64,000 nt of DNA, taken from NCBI GenBank assembly GCA_021850805.1, contig JAJZKO010000002.1:39520-103519 (forward strand), written 5' to 3'. A program made the position numbers and the translations under genes. The notes below the pieces were generated by a model. It saw only the letters and a list, made by a program, of their open reading frames with translations, had not been told where the DNA came from and did no database searches. Within the stretch, counting starts at the first letter, position 1; each line of letters opens with the position of its first letter. Below are positions 20,388 to 27,654 of this stretch, in pieces. The stretch is from Candidatus Micrarchaeota archaeon. Lineage in GTDB: Archaea > Micrarchaeota > Micrarchaeia > Micrarchaeales > CABMGC01.

Positions 20388-21002
20388 CTACTTCGCCTTC
20401 ATCTCCACTTTCGCTTCGAAATCGGAGACCTGATACTTGAATTCCTCGTTTGATTTTATTAATCCTTTCTCCTTCAGGAATTCCCTTGCAAGAAGGTAAT
20501 AAATCAGGGCCAATGCCCTTCTGCCCTTGTTGTTGCACGGTATAATCATATCAACAAACTTTACCCAGTTGTCAGTGTCGCAGAGCGCCACGAGTGGTAT
20601 GTTGGTCTTGTTCGCCTCCTTCACTGCCTGCTTCTCATTCCTTGTATCGCTGACAAGTATTATCTCGGGCTCAATGTAGTCTTCCCTGTTCGGGTTTGTG
20701 AATATCCCTGGCATTACCCTGCCCTTAAGGAGCGTTGCATTTGTTATCTCTGCGAATTTTGATGCAGCGGAAATGGCATATACTCTGGATGCAGTCACAA
20801 CAATATCCTTCGGCTCATACTGGGCAAGCATCTTTGCCGCGTCCTTTATCCTGCTGTCTATTGTGGAGAGGTCAAGCATATACAGCCCATCCTCCCTTAC
20901 TTTATAGACAAACCTCTTCATTCCCGGCGTCCTTATCTTCGTGCCTATATGTATCCCTACCTCCAGATACTCCGCCTGATCCACAAGAAAATTGTTCTCC
21001 AT
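20388..21002 (-). CDS. rps2: 30S ribosomal protein S2 (uS2)
   Basis: 204 aa. The pattern EYLEVGIHIGTK...DGLYMLDL...IVVTASRVY is typical of archaeal S2. Confidence 0.9.
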   Translation of the reverse strand: MENNFLVDQAEYLEVGIHIGTKIRTPGMKRFVYKVREDGLYMLDLSTIDSRIKDAAKMLAQYEPKDIVVTASRVYAISAASKFAEITNATLLKGRVMPGIFTNPNREDYIEPEIILVSDTRNEKQAVKEANKTNIPLVALCDTDNWVKFVDMIIPCNNKGRRALALIYYLLAREFLKEKGLIKSNEEFKYQVSDFEAKVEMKAK

Positions 21003-21026
21003 TAACCATACCTCTCAAAATGCATT

Positions 21027-21136
21027 CGGGGTCGCCGAGATTTTCATGGCATAAAGCCCTTTGAATTCCCTAATATTTTATACTCGGGTCATGTGCTCCC
21101 TAAGCACAGAGCCTAACCAGACTAGCAGACGACCCC
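21027..21136 (-). tRNA. tRNA-Pro-like gene (anticodon reads AGG) with 36 extra nt in the T-arm
   Basis: All elements are read on the minus strand.
- Acceptor stem GGGGTCG/CGACCCC.
- D-arm contains GG.
- Anticodon arm TGTGC-TTAGGGA-GCACA, with G37.
- The T-stem CCGAG/CTCGG encloses 43 nt.
- A canonical TTCAAAT loop appears only if TATAAAATATTAGGGAA and GGGCTTTATGCCATGAAAA are both removed.
- The position between rpoN and S2 is where a tRNA is found in other archaea. Confidence 0.6.
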
Positions 21137-21190
21137 GTCCGCAGCAATATATTGATACTAAATGCTTTTTATCCTTATCGCACCCCGTCT

Positions 21191-21391
21191 TTACTTCATG
21201 CTGAAATTTATAATCTCATCTATGAGATCGACATGGCTTATCAGCATGCGCCTGCAGCAATACCTGCTTACCTTCAGTTCTCCAAGAACCTTCTCCGGGT
21301 CTTCCTTGTTCTTGTTGACCCTCATGTCAAATTCCTCCCATCTGTCCGCTACTACCTGCCCGCAAGAAAAGCATCTTACCGGTATCATCAT
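21191..21391 (-). CDS. rpoN: DNA-directed RNA polymerase subunit N (Rpo10)
   Basis: 66 aa. It contains MMIPVRCFSCGQVV...YCCRRML, the zinc-binding Rpo10 signature. Confidence 0.92.
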   Translation of the reverse strand: MMIPVRCFSCGQVVADRWEEFDMRVNKNKEDPEKVLGELKVSRYCCRRMLISHVDLIDEIINFSMK

Positions 21392-21397
21392 AGGAAA

Positions 21398-21952
21398 TCA
21401 CCTATAGGACTTCTGGAACCTCGCCCTTGCCTTAGGACCCTTGAATTTCTTCGGTTCCACCCGCCTATAATCATCAACAAGAAGTGCTCTGTCATAATCC
21501 ATGTATTTCTTCCTGAGGGATTCGTCTCCAGCCGCAGCTACAATCGCCTTTGCCAGTGCGCTTCGTGCAGCCTGCGCCTGCCCACTGCTTCCCCCTCCCT
21601 TTACGAATATCTCTATATCCGATTTCGCAGCAAGTTCAGAAGCCTTCTCGCTTACGAGAAGAGGCTCAAGTATGATATTCCTGAGGTCACTTGGTTTGAT
21701 TAGATCGGCGTTTATCCTATTTACCCTGATTATGCCGCTGCCGGAGACTATGCTGGCCCTTGCTATAGCCCTCTTCCTCTTGCCCCTGACGGTTATAACG
21801 CTCTCCCTAACCTTGGCTGCAGGCTTCTTCTTGTGCCTCGCAGCCTTCTTTGGCGCTTCCTGTTTCTGTTTTGGACTCTCCTTTACCTGCGAGAATTCAT
21901 TAAGTTCCTTGTTAAGGCTATCTGTTTTTTCTTCTGCCATATAAATCATCAA
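21398..21952 (-). CDS. rps9: 30S ribosomal protein S9 (uS9) with lysine-rich N-terminal extension
   Basis: 184 aa. The S9 body begins at GKRKRAIARA and ends with the typical RFQKSYR. It is preceded by about 50 aa of K/E/Q-rich sequence. Confidence 0.9.
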   Translation of the reverse strand: MMIYMAEEKTDSLNKELNEFSQVKESPKQKQEAPKKAARHKKKPAAKVRESVITVRGKRKRAIARASIVSGSGIIRVNRINADLIKPSDLRNIILEPLLVSEKASELAAKSDIEIFVKGGGSSGQAQAARSALAKAIVAAAGDESLRKKYMDYDRALLVDDYRRVEPKKFKGPKARARFQKSYR

Positions 21953-22389
21953 ATCTTATATCCAAGCTTGCCGGAAAGCTCCTTTATGCTTATGCATGTC
22001 TCAAAGACGCTCTCCTCCCTCTTTGCCTCTATCTCGCTGTATTTGATATCCTTGAAATTCTCTGGCACGCCTATATACACCTTAAGCCTGCTGTATGCCG
22101 CCTTTCCTGTTGCCTTCTTATAAGGCAGCATGCCACGCACTATTCTTTTGACGAAGAAGTCTGGCCTTCTTGACCAGTAAGGAGAGTGTTCGGGATTTGC
22201 CTTGTCCTGAAGCTCTATGTGGTGCTTGTACTTGCCGTATATGCTCTTCAGATGGCCGCTTATTACGAGTTCCTCTGCATTGAATAGGTTTACCTTGTTG
22301 CCCTGGAGGAGCAGCTTAGCTACTCTTGTCGATAGCCTGCCAAGAACATAACCTCTGCAATCTATGTTGTATTCCTGCACAAAAATCAC
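21949..22389 (-). CDS. rpl13: 50S ribosomal protein L13 (uL13)
   Basis: 146 aa. It contains IDCRGYVLGRLSTRVAKLLLQG. It overlaps S9 by 4 nt and L18e by 4 nt. Confidence 0.9.
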   Translation of the reverse strand: MIFVQEYNIDCRGYVLGRLSTRVAKLLLQGNKVNLFNAEELVISGHLKSIYGKYKHHIELQDKANPEHSPYWSRRPDFFVKRIVRGMLPYKKATGKAAYSRLKVYIGVPENFKDIKYSEIEAKREESVFETCISIKELSGKLGYKI

Positions 22390-22733
22390 ATAATAACTTT
22401 TATCTTGTCCTTTTTAAGCATTTGCCCTATGTCGACTATCTCACATCCGCTGCGCTCAAGCTTCTCCTGTGCCGAAGCCGAGTAGCTTATGGCAGAGATC
22501 CTGAACTTCTTGCTTATGCTGCCAACACCAAGCACTTTTCCAGGGACTACTATATCCGAGCCGTCTTCGGCGAGCATATCTATCTTATCCAGATTTACCG
22601 CTACCATCTGCCTCTTCGGCCTTGAGGCGAGCTCTGCAATCCTCTTTGCTGTTTTGCTTGCCCTTCCCGCGCCTGAGGCTAAGCTTATCCATTCTGCCTT
22701 GTCCTTGTTTTCTATTCTCCTTGTTCCTGCCAT
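22386..22733 (-). CDS. rpl18e: 50S ribosomal protein L18e
   Basis: The start was moved to ATG 22733 (MAGTRRIENK) because the longer ORF (to 22775) would overlap the tRNA-Leu gene. The body VVPGKVLGVGSISKKFRISAISYSASA is L18e-like. Confidence 0.85.
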   Translation of the reverse strand: MAGTRRIENKDKAEWISLASGAGRASKTAKRIAELASRPKRQMVAVNLDKIDMLAEDGSDIVVPGKVLGVGSISKKFRISAISYSASAQEKLERSGCEIVDIGQMLKKDKIKVIM

Positions 22734-22750
22734 TGCAAAACCTTTCCATA

Positions 22751-22836
22751 TGCGGGGGGTGAGATTTGAACTCACGCAAGTGCTAAACTACTGACCCCTC
22801 AAGCCAGCGCATTTGACCATGCTCTGCCACCCCCGC
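22751..22836 (-). tRNA. tRNA-Leu (anticodon GAG)
   Basis: Read on the minus strand: GCGGGGG-TG-GCAGAGCATGGTCAAATGC-G-CTGGC-TTGAGGG-GTCAG, then a long variable arm, then GTGAG-TTCAAAT-CTCAC-CCCCCGC-A. This is a canonical class II tRNA with discriminator A73. Confidence 0.92.
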
Positions 22837-22837
22837 G

Positions 22838-23413
22838 TTAATATTTCTTTACCTCTTTGTATACTTCTTTTATGTCATCTGTTATTATACTTAACGCCTT
22901 TCTCAGCACCTCTTGGGGTGGCAGCTGTCCGAAACTCTCTATGTAAAACTCAAAATCTGTATCGGAGAGCGCCTTATAGGTAACCAGCGCAGGCTGGAAC
23001 TTTGCGCTCCTTGCCGCATTGTTCATAACCGCCTTGCCGTCAAGCCTTATGCTCTGCCCCTCCCTTAGCTTCATTATCGGTATGTTCTCGTTAGCTACCC
23101 TTACTTCCTTGTCACTGCTCCTGAGGTCCTTAGAATACACTACAGTAGGTCCCGAAGCATTCATTGAAAAGACTATCTGATCGTTCTTTGTATATCCGCT
23201 CAGCGGTGTATGTATTGGCACCAGCCCTATGCGGTGCGCAAGATATTCATCAAACATCGCACCTGAGTTTTCATACAGGGTAACACTGTCTATAGCAAAA
23301 GTATCAACGCTGTTTATTGCAATCCTTCTGAGCGAATTTGCAAAGTTAAAACTGATGCCACTCAACTTGAACCTAATCGAATTCTTATTAGACTCTATCA
23401 TTTCCAGCTTCAT
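22838..23413 (-). CDS. rpoD: DNA-directed RNA polymerase subunit D (Rpo3)
   Basis: 191 aa. It contains FANSLRRIAINSVDTFAIDSV...EYLAHRIGLVPI. It is shorter than many Rpo3 proteins and has no obvious Fe-S cysteine cluster. Confidence 0.88.
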   Translation of the reverse strand: MKLEMIESNKNSIRFKLSGISFNFANSLRRIAINSVDTFAIDSVTLYENSGAMFDEYLAHRIGLVPIHTPLSGYTKNDQIVFSMNASGPTVVYSKDLRSSDKEVRVANENIPIMKLREGQSIRLDGKAVMNNAARSAKFQPALVTYKALSDTDFEFYIESFGQLPPQEVLRKALSIITDDIKEVYKEVKKY

Positions 23414-23518
23414 GCAATCATAAAAGGCGTATTAATACTATATAGCGTAATATTCTTAAACCTTATTTATGTGTATGCTTTTCCGTGCAAAACCCATATA
23501 CCATGCAGAATCATGAAC

Positions 23519-24913
23519 CTAACCGGCAAAGCAGGATTCATACTGCAGCCCGCTAGGGAAGGAAGAGGTTGCAATCCAATTGCCAACACCGCTGGAAGTA
23601 AGCGCGGCGTAATATACGTTAGAAGTAAGTCCTGCAGGTGTGTACCCTCCGACGCAGTATATGTAGTTATTAACCACTGCGCATGACTCCCCACCAACTT
23701 GGAGAGGATAGCTGCTACTCTGTTTCCATGCTCCTATCCCGCCGCTTCCTACAGCTGCATAATAAACGTTTCCAGTCTCACCTACTGAAGCCCCACTGTT
23801 GGTGTACCCTCCGACGCAATAAACAATGTTTCCGCTTATCACGCACGGCTGCCCTGCTATGGTAATTGGATACGGCTGCGTAGCAAGCCAGTTTCCATCA
23901 GCGCCTGAAGCGATACTTGCATAATAAGTGTCTGTTGTGAATACACTTGCTCCATTGGATCCGCCTATGCAGTATAAATATCCAAGATATGTAACGCATG
24001 ATGTGCCTGTTATCTGCGCTATGGGATATGGGGTCCCTGCGCTCCATCCTCCAAGCCCCGAGGCTCCCGCAGAGGAGTAGAAGATATCATTTGTGTAAGC
24101 ACTGTCGTAATATCCTCCCACGCAATACAAATCACCAGTATAGCTTCCAAATGCGCACTCTTCCCCGACAACGCTTCCAGGATAACTGGCAGCTGTATCC
24201 CATCCTTGTACACCGGTATAAGCCGATGAGATTGGCGCGTAGTATACGGAATTTGAGGATGTGGATCCGCTTCCTCCCACGCAAAAGACCTCCGCGCCGT
24301 TAGAGGCACACGATTGGTCCTGCACATTAGCAGGATATGTTACCGGTGACTTCTTCCATGTCTGAAGCCCGTTCTGTGTCACACCGCCATAATAATCATA
24401 GGTGGTGCCTGTACTTCCAGTATCCCCTCCGACACAATATACAAAGCCCTGTGACGTAGTAGATACAGTTGCACTGATGCTTGCGATCATCTGGCTGAGG
24501 CCTGTCTGAGAGCCCTCAGAATATACAATCCATAAATATCCATTGAAGTGCGAACCTATTGCTGAATTACTCAATGGACACGAGAAAGAAAGGTTATACG
24601 TCTGCCCGGCAAGAAAATTAAGGGCAACAGGAGAGTAAGATGTCGGGGGTGTCTGGTTCGTGGTGCAAGCAATTCCCTGAACAGTGATTCCCGTACCTAC
24701 ATATCCTATGTCTGCGGTAAGTATTCCTCCGCTTGAAAGTTCCGGATTACCACACTTGAATCCTGAATATGCAACGCATGCTGTCGGCAGGCCCGATCCG
24801 CTAAAAACCCCCAGCTCAAAGAGCGCGCCCAGAACCACAGCAATGATTAGTATCGCCCATCCATACGTCATCAGGTACTCCATGGCGCTCTGGATCCTGA
24901 GGTAAGGAACCAT
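23519..24913 (-). CDS. class III signal peptide (pilin-like) protein fused to six Kelch-like beta-propeller repeats
   Basis: The N-terminus is MVPYLRIQSAMEYLMTYGWAILIIAVVLGALFELGVF. The C-terminal two thirds contain six repeats, each ending in [YF]C[VI]GG (FVYCVGG, VFCVGG, LYCVGG, LYCIGG, VYCVGG, IYCVGG). Each repeat also has a YYA...G...W....YP motif. Confidence 0.8.
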   Translation of the reverse strand: MVPYLRIQSAMEYLMTYGWAILIIAVVLGALFELGVFSGSGLPTACVAYSGFKCGNPELSSGGILTADIGYVGTGITVQGIACTTNQTPPTSYSPVALNFLAGQTYNLSFSCPLSNSAIGSHFNGYLWIVYSEGSQTGLSQMIASISATVSTTSQGFVYCVGGDTGSTGTTYDYYGGVTQNGLQTWKKSPVTYPANVQDQSCASNGAEVFCVGGSGSTSSNSVYYAPISSAYTGVQGWDTAASYPGSVVGEECAFGSYTGDLYCVGGYYDSAYTNDIFYSSAGASGLGGWSAGTPYPIAQITGTSCVTYLGYLYCIGGSNGASVFTTDTYYASIASGADGNWLATQPYPITIAGQPCVISGNIVYCVGGYTNSGASVGETGNVYYAAVGSGGIGAWKQSSSYPLQVGGESCAVVNNYIYCVGGYTPAGLTSNVYYAALTSSGVGNWIATSSFPSGLQYESCFAG

Positions 24914-24934
24914 TATTCTATATACCTATATAAT

Positions 24935-24943
24935 GATTTAAAT
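24935..24943 (-). promoter_or_regulatory. TATA box (ATTTAAATC) for the Kelch-pilin gene, leaderless geometry
   Basis: An ATTTAAAT element on the minus strand lies about 23 nt upstream of the ATG at 24913. The same ATTTAAAT element precedes the LamG-pilin gene. Confidence 0.45.
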
Positions 24944-24944
24944 C

Positions 24945-26195
24945 CTATCTCTTGATCCTGCCATGGCTCGAGGATAAATCCTTCGCAGCCTCAGCGCAGA
25001 GAAGGTTAAGCTCTCCTGCAAGGCAGACCGCAGCTATAACCTCAGCAAGCTGCAGTCTTGATGTTCCCTCAGGATCATTATCCCCGTACAGACCCATCAT
25101 CTTCAAAACTTCCATCTGTGTCTCTCTCTTAGTGCCGCCACCATAAGTCCCTACCTCTATTGAAGGCAGATAACACGAGATATACAGACCGCCTCTTACA
25201 GCAGTAGCATCGGTAAGAGCCTGCGCTCCTTCAACAACCTGTGCCATATCCTGCCCGAGGGCTAGATACAAAGAGGCAAGCATGTTTGCAACATGCCCGT
25301 TAAAACCATGTGAACCGGCAAGTGCCGAACCGCTCAGGTTCTTTGACTTGTTCAGATCTGCCACTGCTTCAGGCTTAAGTCCAAATCTCTTCTCAAGAAG
25401 CGCTGCAGGTATGAACATATCTACAATCACCGAAACTCCCCTGCCTTCTATAAAATTTATCAAAGCGGGTTTTTTGTCTGAGCACATGTTTCCCGACTCA
25501 CTTACTATCCCTGCCTCTATCCCCTTGCTCTTGCCGAACTCAATTACGATTGCATCAGATGCCATCTTGGAGGCTATGGTGACCATATTCATTCCCATCG
25601 CCGCCCCAGTTGTAGCCCTGAAACGGAGATGCACATCCCTTCCTGATGGGTAAGGCCTGCATTCTATAAACCTCCCATGCCTGGTGCTCCTGGAGAATGC
25701 CTTCCTGAGTATCTCCTGCCCTGCAGCGCTGGACACGAAAGCTGAGAATGCCGCAGCCTCCTTGACGTTTCCGGTCCTTATAAGCACATCTCTAGTCATA
25801 CCATCCCTTATTACTGCGGCATTTATCCCGCCTGCCTCATTCGATGCAGATATTCCCCTGGATATTCCCGCGACGAGTTTGCCCTCCGTAGTCGCAAGAA
25901 GTATGGGATAACTTCTCGAGGCATGCATACCATTGACCTTTATCTCCCCTGCATATCCAAGCGGTACGTGCACTGCTCCAACAGGGTTCTCTATATTCCT
26001 GTCAACAGCATCATTGAAGTCGAGGATTCCTGATCCTACGGCAGAGAGGCTGCATCCGAACTTCTTTTCCAGATAAACCCTCCTTATCATAGTTGCTGTA
26101 TTGCTGTCAATGCCAAGGGACTTCTCCAGGGCGTAAAGTTTTAATTCCCCGTTCTCCATCCTCTTCAACGCCTCATCAATATTTTTCTTATCCAT
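24945..26195 (-). CDS. hmgA: HMG-CoA reductase, class I type
   Basis: 416 aa. It contains ENPVG, LATTEGKLVAG (catalytic Glu), GAAMGMNM, CSDKKPA (catalytic Asp), VGTYGGGT and a C-terminal SSSHG (His). Confidence 0.9.
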   Translation of the reverse strand: MDKKNIDEALKRMENGELKLYALEKSLGIDSNTATMIRRVYLEKKFGCSLSAVGSGILDFNDAVDRNIENPVGAVHVPLGYAGEIKVNGMHASRSYPILLATTEGKLVAGISRGISASNEAGGINAAVIRDGMTRDVLIRTGNVKEAAAFSAFVSSAAGQEILRKAFSRSTRHGRFIECRPYPSGRDVHLRFRATTGAAMGMNMVTIASKMASDAIVIEFGKSKGIEAGIVSESGNMCSDKKPALINFIEGRGVSVIVDMFIPAALLEKRFGLKPEAVADLNKSKNLSGSALAGSHGFNGHVANMLASLYLALGQDMAQVVEGAQALTDATAVRGGLYISCYLPSIEVGTYGGGTKRETQMEVLKMMGLYGDNDPEGTSRLQLAEVIAAVCLAGELNLLCAEAAKDLSSSHGRIKR

Positions 26196-26204
26196 AAAAG
26201 CACC

Positions 26205-27650
26205 TCATATAAGTTTCTCTTTTGTATTTGCCAGCCCATCATTATAAGCCAGCCTGTGCTGATTCAGGCCTCCTGCAAGAGCCGCAGCCGCTGTAAATGC
26301 CGCAACACGGATAGAATTAGATCCAGGGGCTGCATCTCTGCGCAGACCCATTATCGCTTCGCATTCCTTTCTTGTCGGGGAGTCCAACCCTTCGCTCCCC
26401 CACTCGAAATTGGCAAGTGTAACAGAGTACATTATGCCTGATGCGCCATTCACCTTATAGGGCTCCGCATCAGTAACGCATGATGAAGATAATATCGGAG
26501 GAGAGCCCGCGACTGCAGCCATCACTCCAGCTATTATCTCCGGCTCCATTCCACACATATGCGCTCCAGCTCCCAATCTCTCCCTCCAGAGGTGATTCTT
26601 AGAGTAACTCATAATATGCATATCCTCCGCACCGCCGTGTCCTCCTCTTCCGGAGATTTCGTGCACTATATATGATTCTGGAAGGAAGACAGACGCTTTA
26701 ACCTTCCTGCCGCGTATGCTCTTGGCAGAAACTGCCATGTCCCCGTCTTCGCCTCCGGCCAGCCAGAGGCTCCTGTGGGGTATCTTTTCCGCATCAAGTT
26801 TCGCAGTAAGGAAGTTCCTCAGTAGTATGCCTGTAGCATAGGTAGCTATCTCATGCCCGTAAAAATCCCCGTGCATCCTGTATATGAAATTCACCGAGAG
26901 CTCATGCCTATCTCCATTCTTCGCATAAGAGCACGTTATCTCTCCAAGCACACCACCTTTCTGCGAGAGTATCCTGTTAGCAGCATCGTATATATCGGAT
27001 AGGAATTCCGCTGAAGTCATCGCTCTGCGCGCTGCCTCCGCATCTTCAAAATTTTCGAACATGAAAGTCGGCGATCTAGTCGCCACAGAATCCCTTTCCG
27101 CATAAACTTTCACCGTTCCGCTTGAACCGTAATCAACAAGCTTCTTAATCATCTTTATGCCAAAGCTCACTCCTTCAGTAACTCCACCCCTAAAATTACA
27201 CATCGGTATAAATTCCGAGGCGCCAAAACCAGCTTCCTTGTGCCCGTTTTCATTTACCTCAACCTCGATGCTTACCGGCCCCGCAATTGTTATCCTGTCC
27301 CCGCCTATGTATTGCACATATTCCGGTTTTCCTGACTCTGTGGCAAGATCCCAGTGGGCAGAATTCCTCAGGTAGTCAAGCCTGACTCCGTTTCCGGATG
27401 CTTCCATATGCCTCTCCACTCCCCGTCTAAGCACTTCTCCGGCGTAGTACTGATAAAAAGCGGCAATCTCATTCTCTGCGAATGCAGAAGTATATGCTCT
27501 TACCCTGCCCTGTTCGAACCTCTTCTCGATCTCCTGTGGAACCTTGTGGAGCGGCACACGCCCCCTGAAAACTCCCTCTGCAAGGGAGTCAAGGACGCCT
27601 TCAAGCTTCTTTCTCTGCGCAGGGTACCTTCTCTCTATCTCGTAAGCCAT
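26205..27650 (-). CDS. divergent HMG-CoA-reductase-fold paralogue lacking canonical catalytic residues; function unknown
   Basis: 481 aa. By eye it aligns along its length to the adjacent hmgA. Examples are VATRSPTFMFENFEDAEAA against the HMGR GMTR.P..RF motif, IRGRKVKASVFLPE against IEGRGVSVIVDMFIP, and EAIMGL...AAFTAAAALAGGLN against EVLKMMGL...IAAVCLAGELN. However, TTEG is replaced by NFRG, DAMGMNM by RMHGDFYG, and SDKK by VSAKS. Confidence 0.6.
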   Translation of the reverse strand: MAYEIERRYPAQRKKLEGVLDSLAEGVFRGRVPLHKVPQEIEKRFEQGRVRAYTSAFAENEIAAFYQYYAGEVLRRGVERHMEASGNGVRLDYLRNSAHWDLATESGKPEYVQYIGGDRITIAGPVSIEVEVNENGHKEAGFGASEFIPMCNFRGGVTEGVSFGIKMIKKLVDYGSSGTVKVYAERDSVATRSPTFMFENFEDAEAARRAMTSAEFLSDIYDAANRILSQKGGVLGEITCSYAKNGDRHELSVNFIYRMHGDFYGHEIATYATGILLRNFLTAKLDAEKIPHRSLWLAGGEDGDMAVSAKSIRGRKVKASVFLPESYIVHEISGRGGHGGAEDMHIMSYSKNHLWRERLGAGAHMCGMEPEIIAGVMAAVAGSPPILSSSCVTDAEPYKVNGASGIMYSVTLANFEWGSEGLDSPTRKECEAIMGLRRDAAPGSNSIRVAAFTAAAALAGGLNQHRLAYNDGLANTKEKLI

Positions 27651-27654
27651 TACA

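Noticed and set aside
21040-21082. Treating the tRNA-Pro-like locus as a decayed pseudogene or an rpoK remnant
   Set aside because: All four stems are intact, and excision of two short segments restores a perfect T-arm, which argues against random decay. No rpoK-like reading frame exists here. The pseudogene possibility is kept as the refutation test in the finding.
22734-22775. Longer N-terminus of the L18e ORF (MSSNLTPRIWKGFA)
   Set aside because: It would overlap the 3' part of the tRNA-Leu gene. The internal ATG at 22733 gives a normal L18e N-terminus.
24780-24913. Kelch-pilin and LamG-pilin N-termini as a recent DNA duplication or repeat
   Set aside because: The peptide segments are nearly identical, but the DNA (compare 24790-24905 with 37490-37600) differs at many third-codon positions. 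This is protein-level conservation, not a nucleotide repeat.
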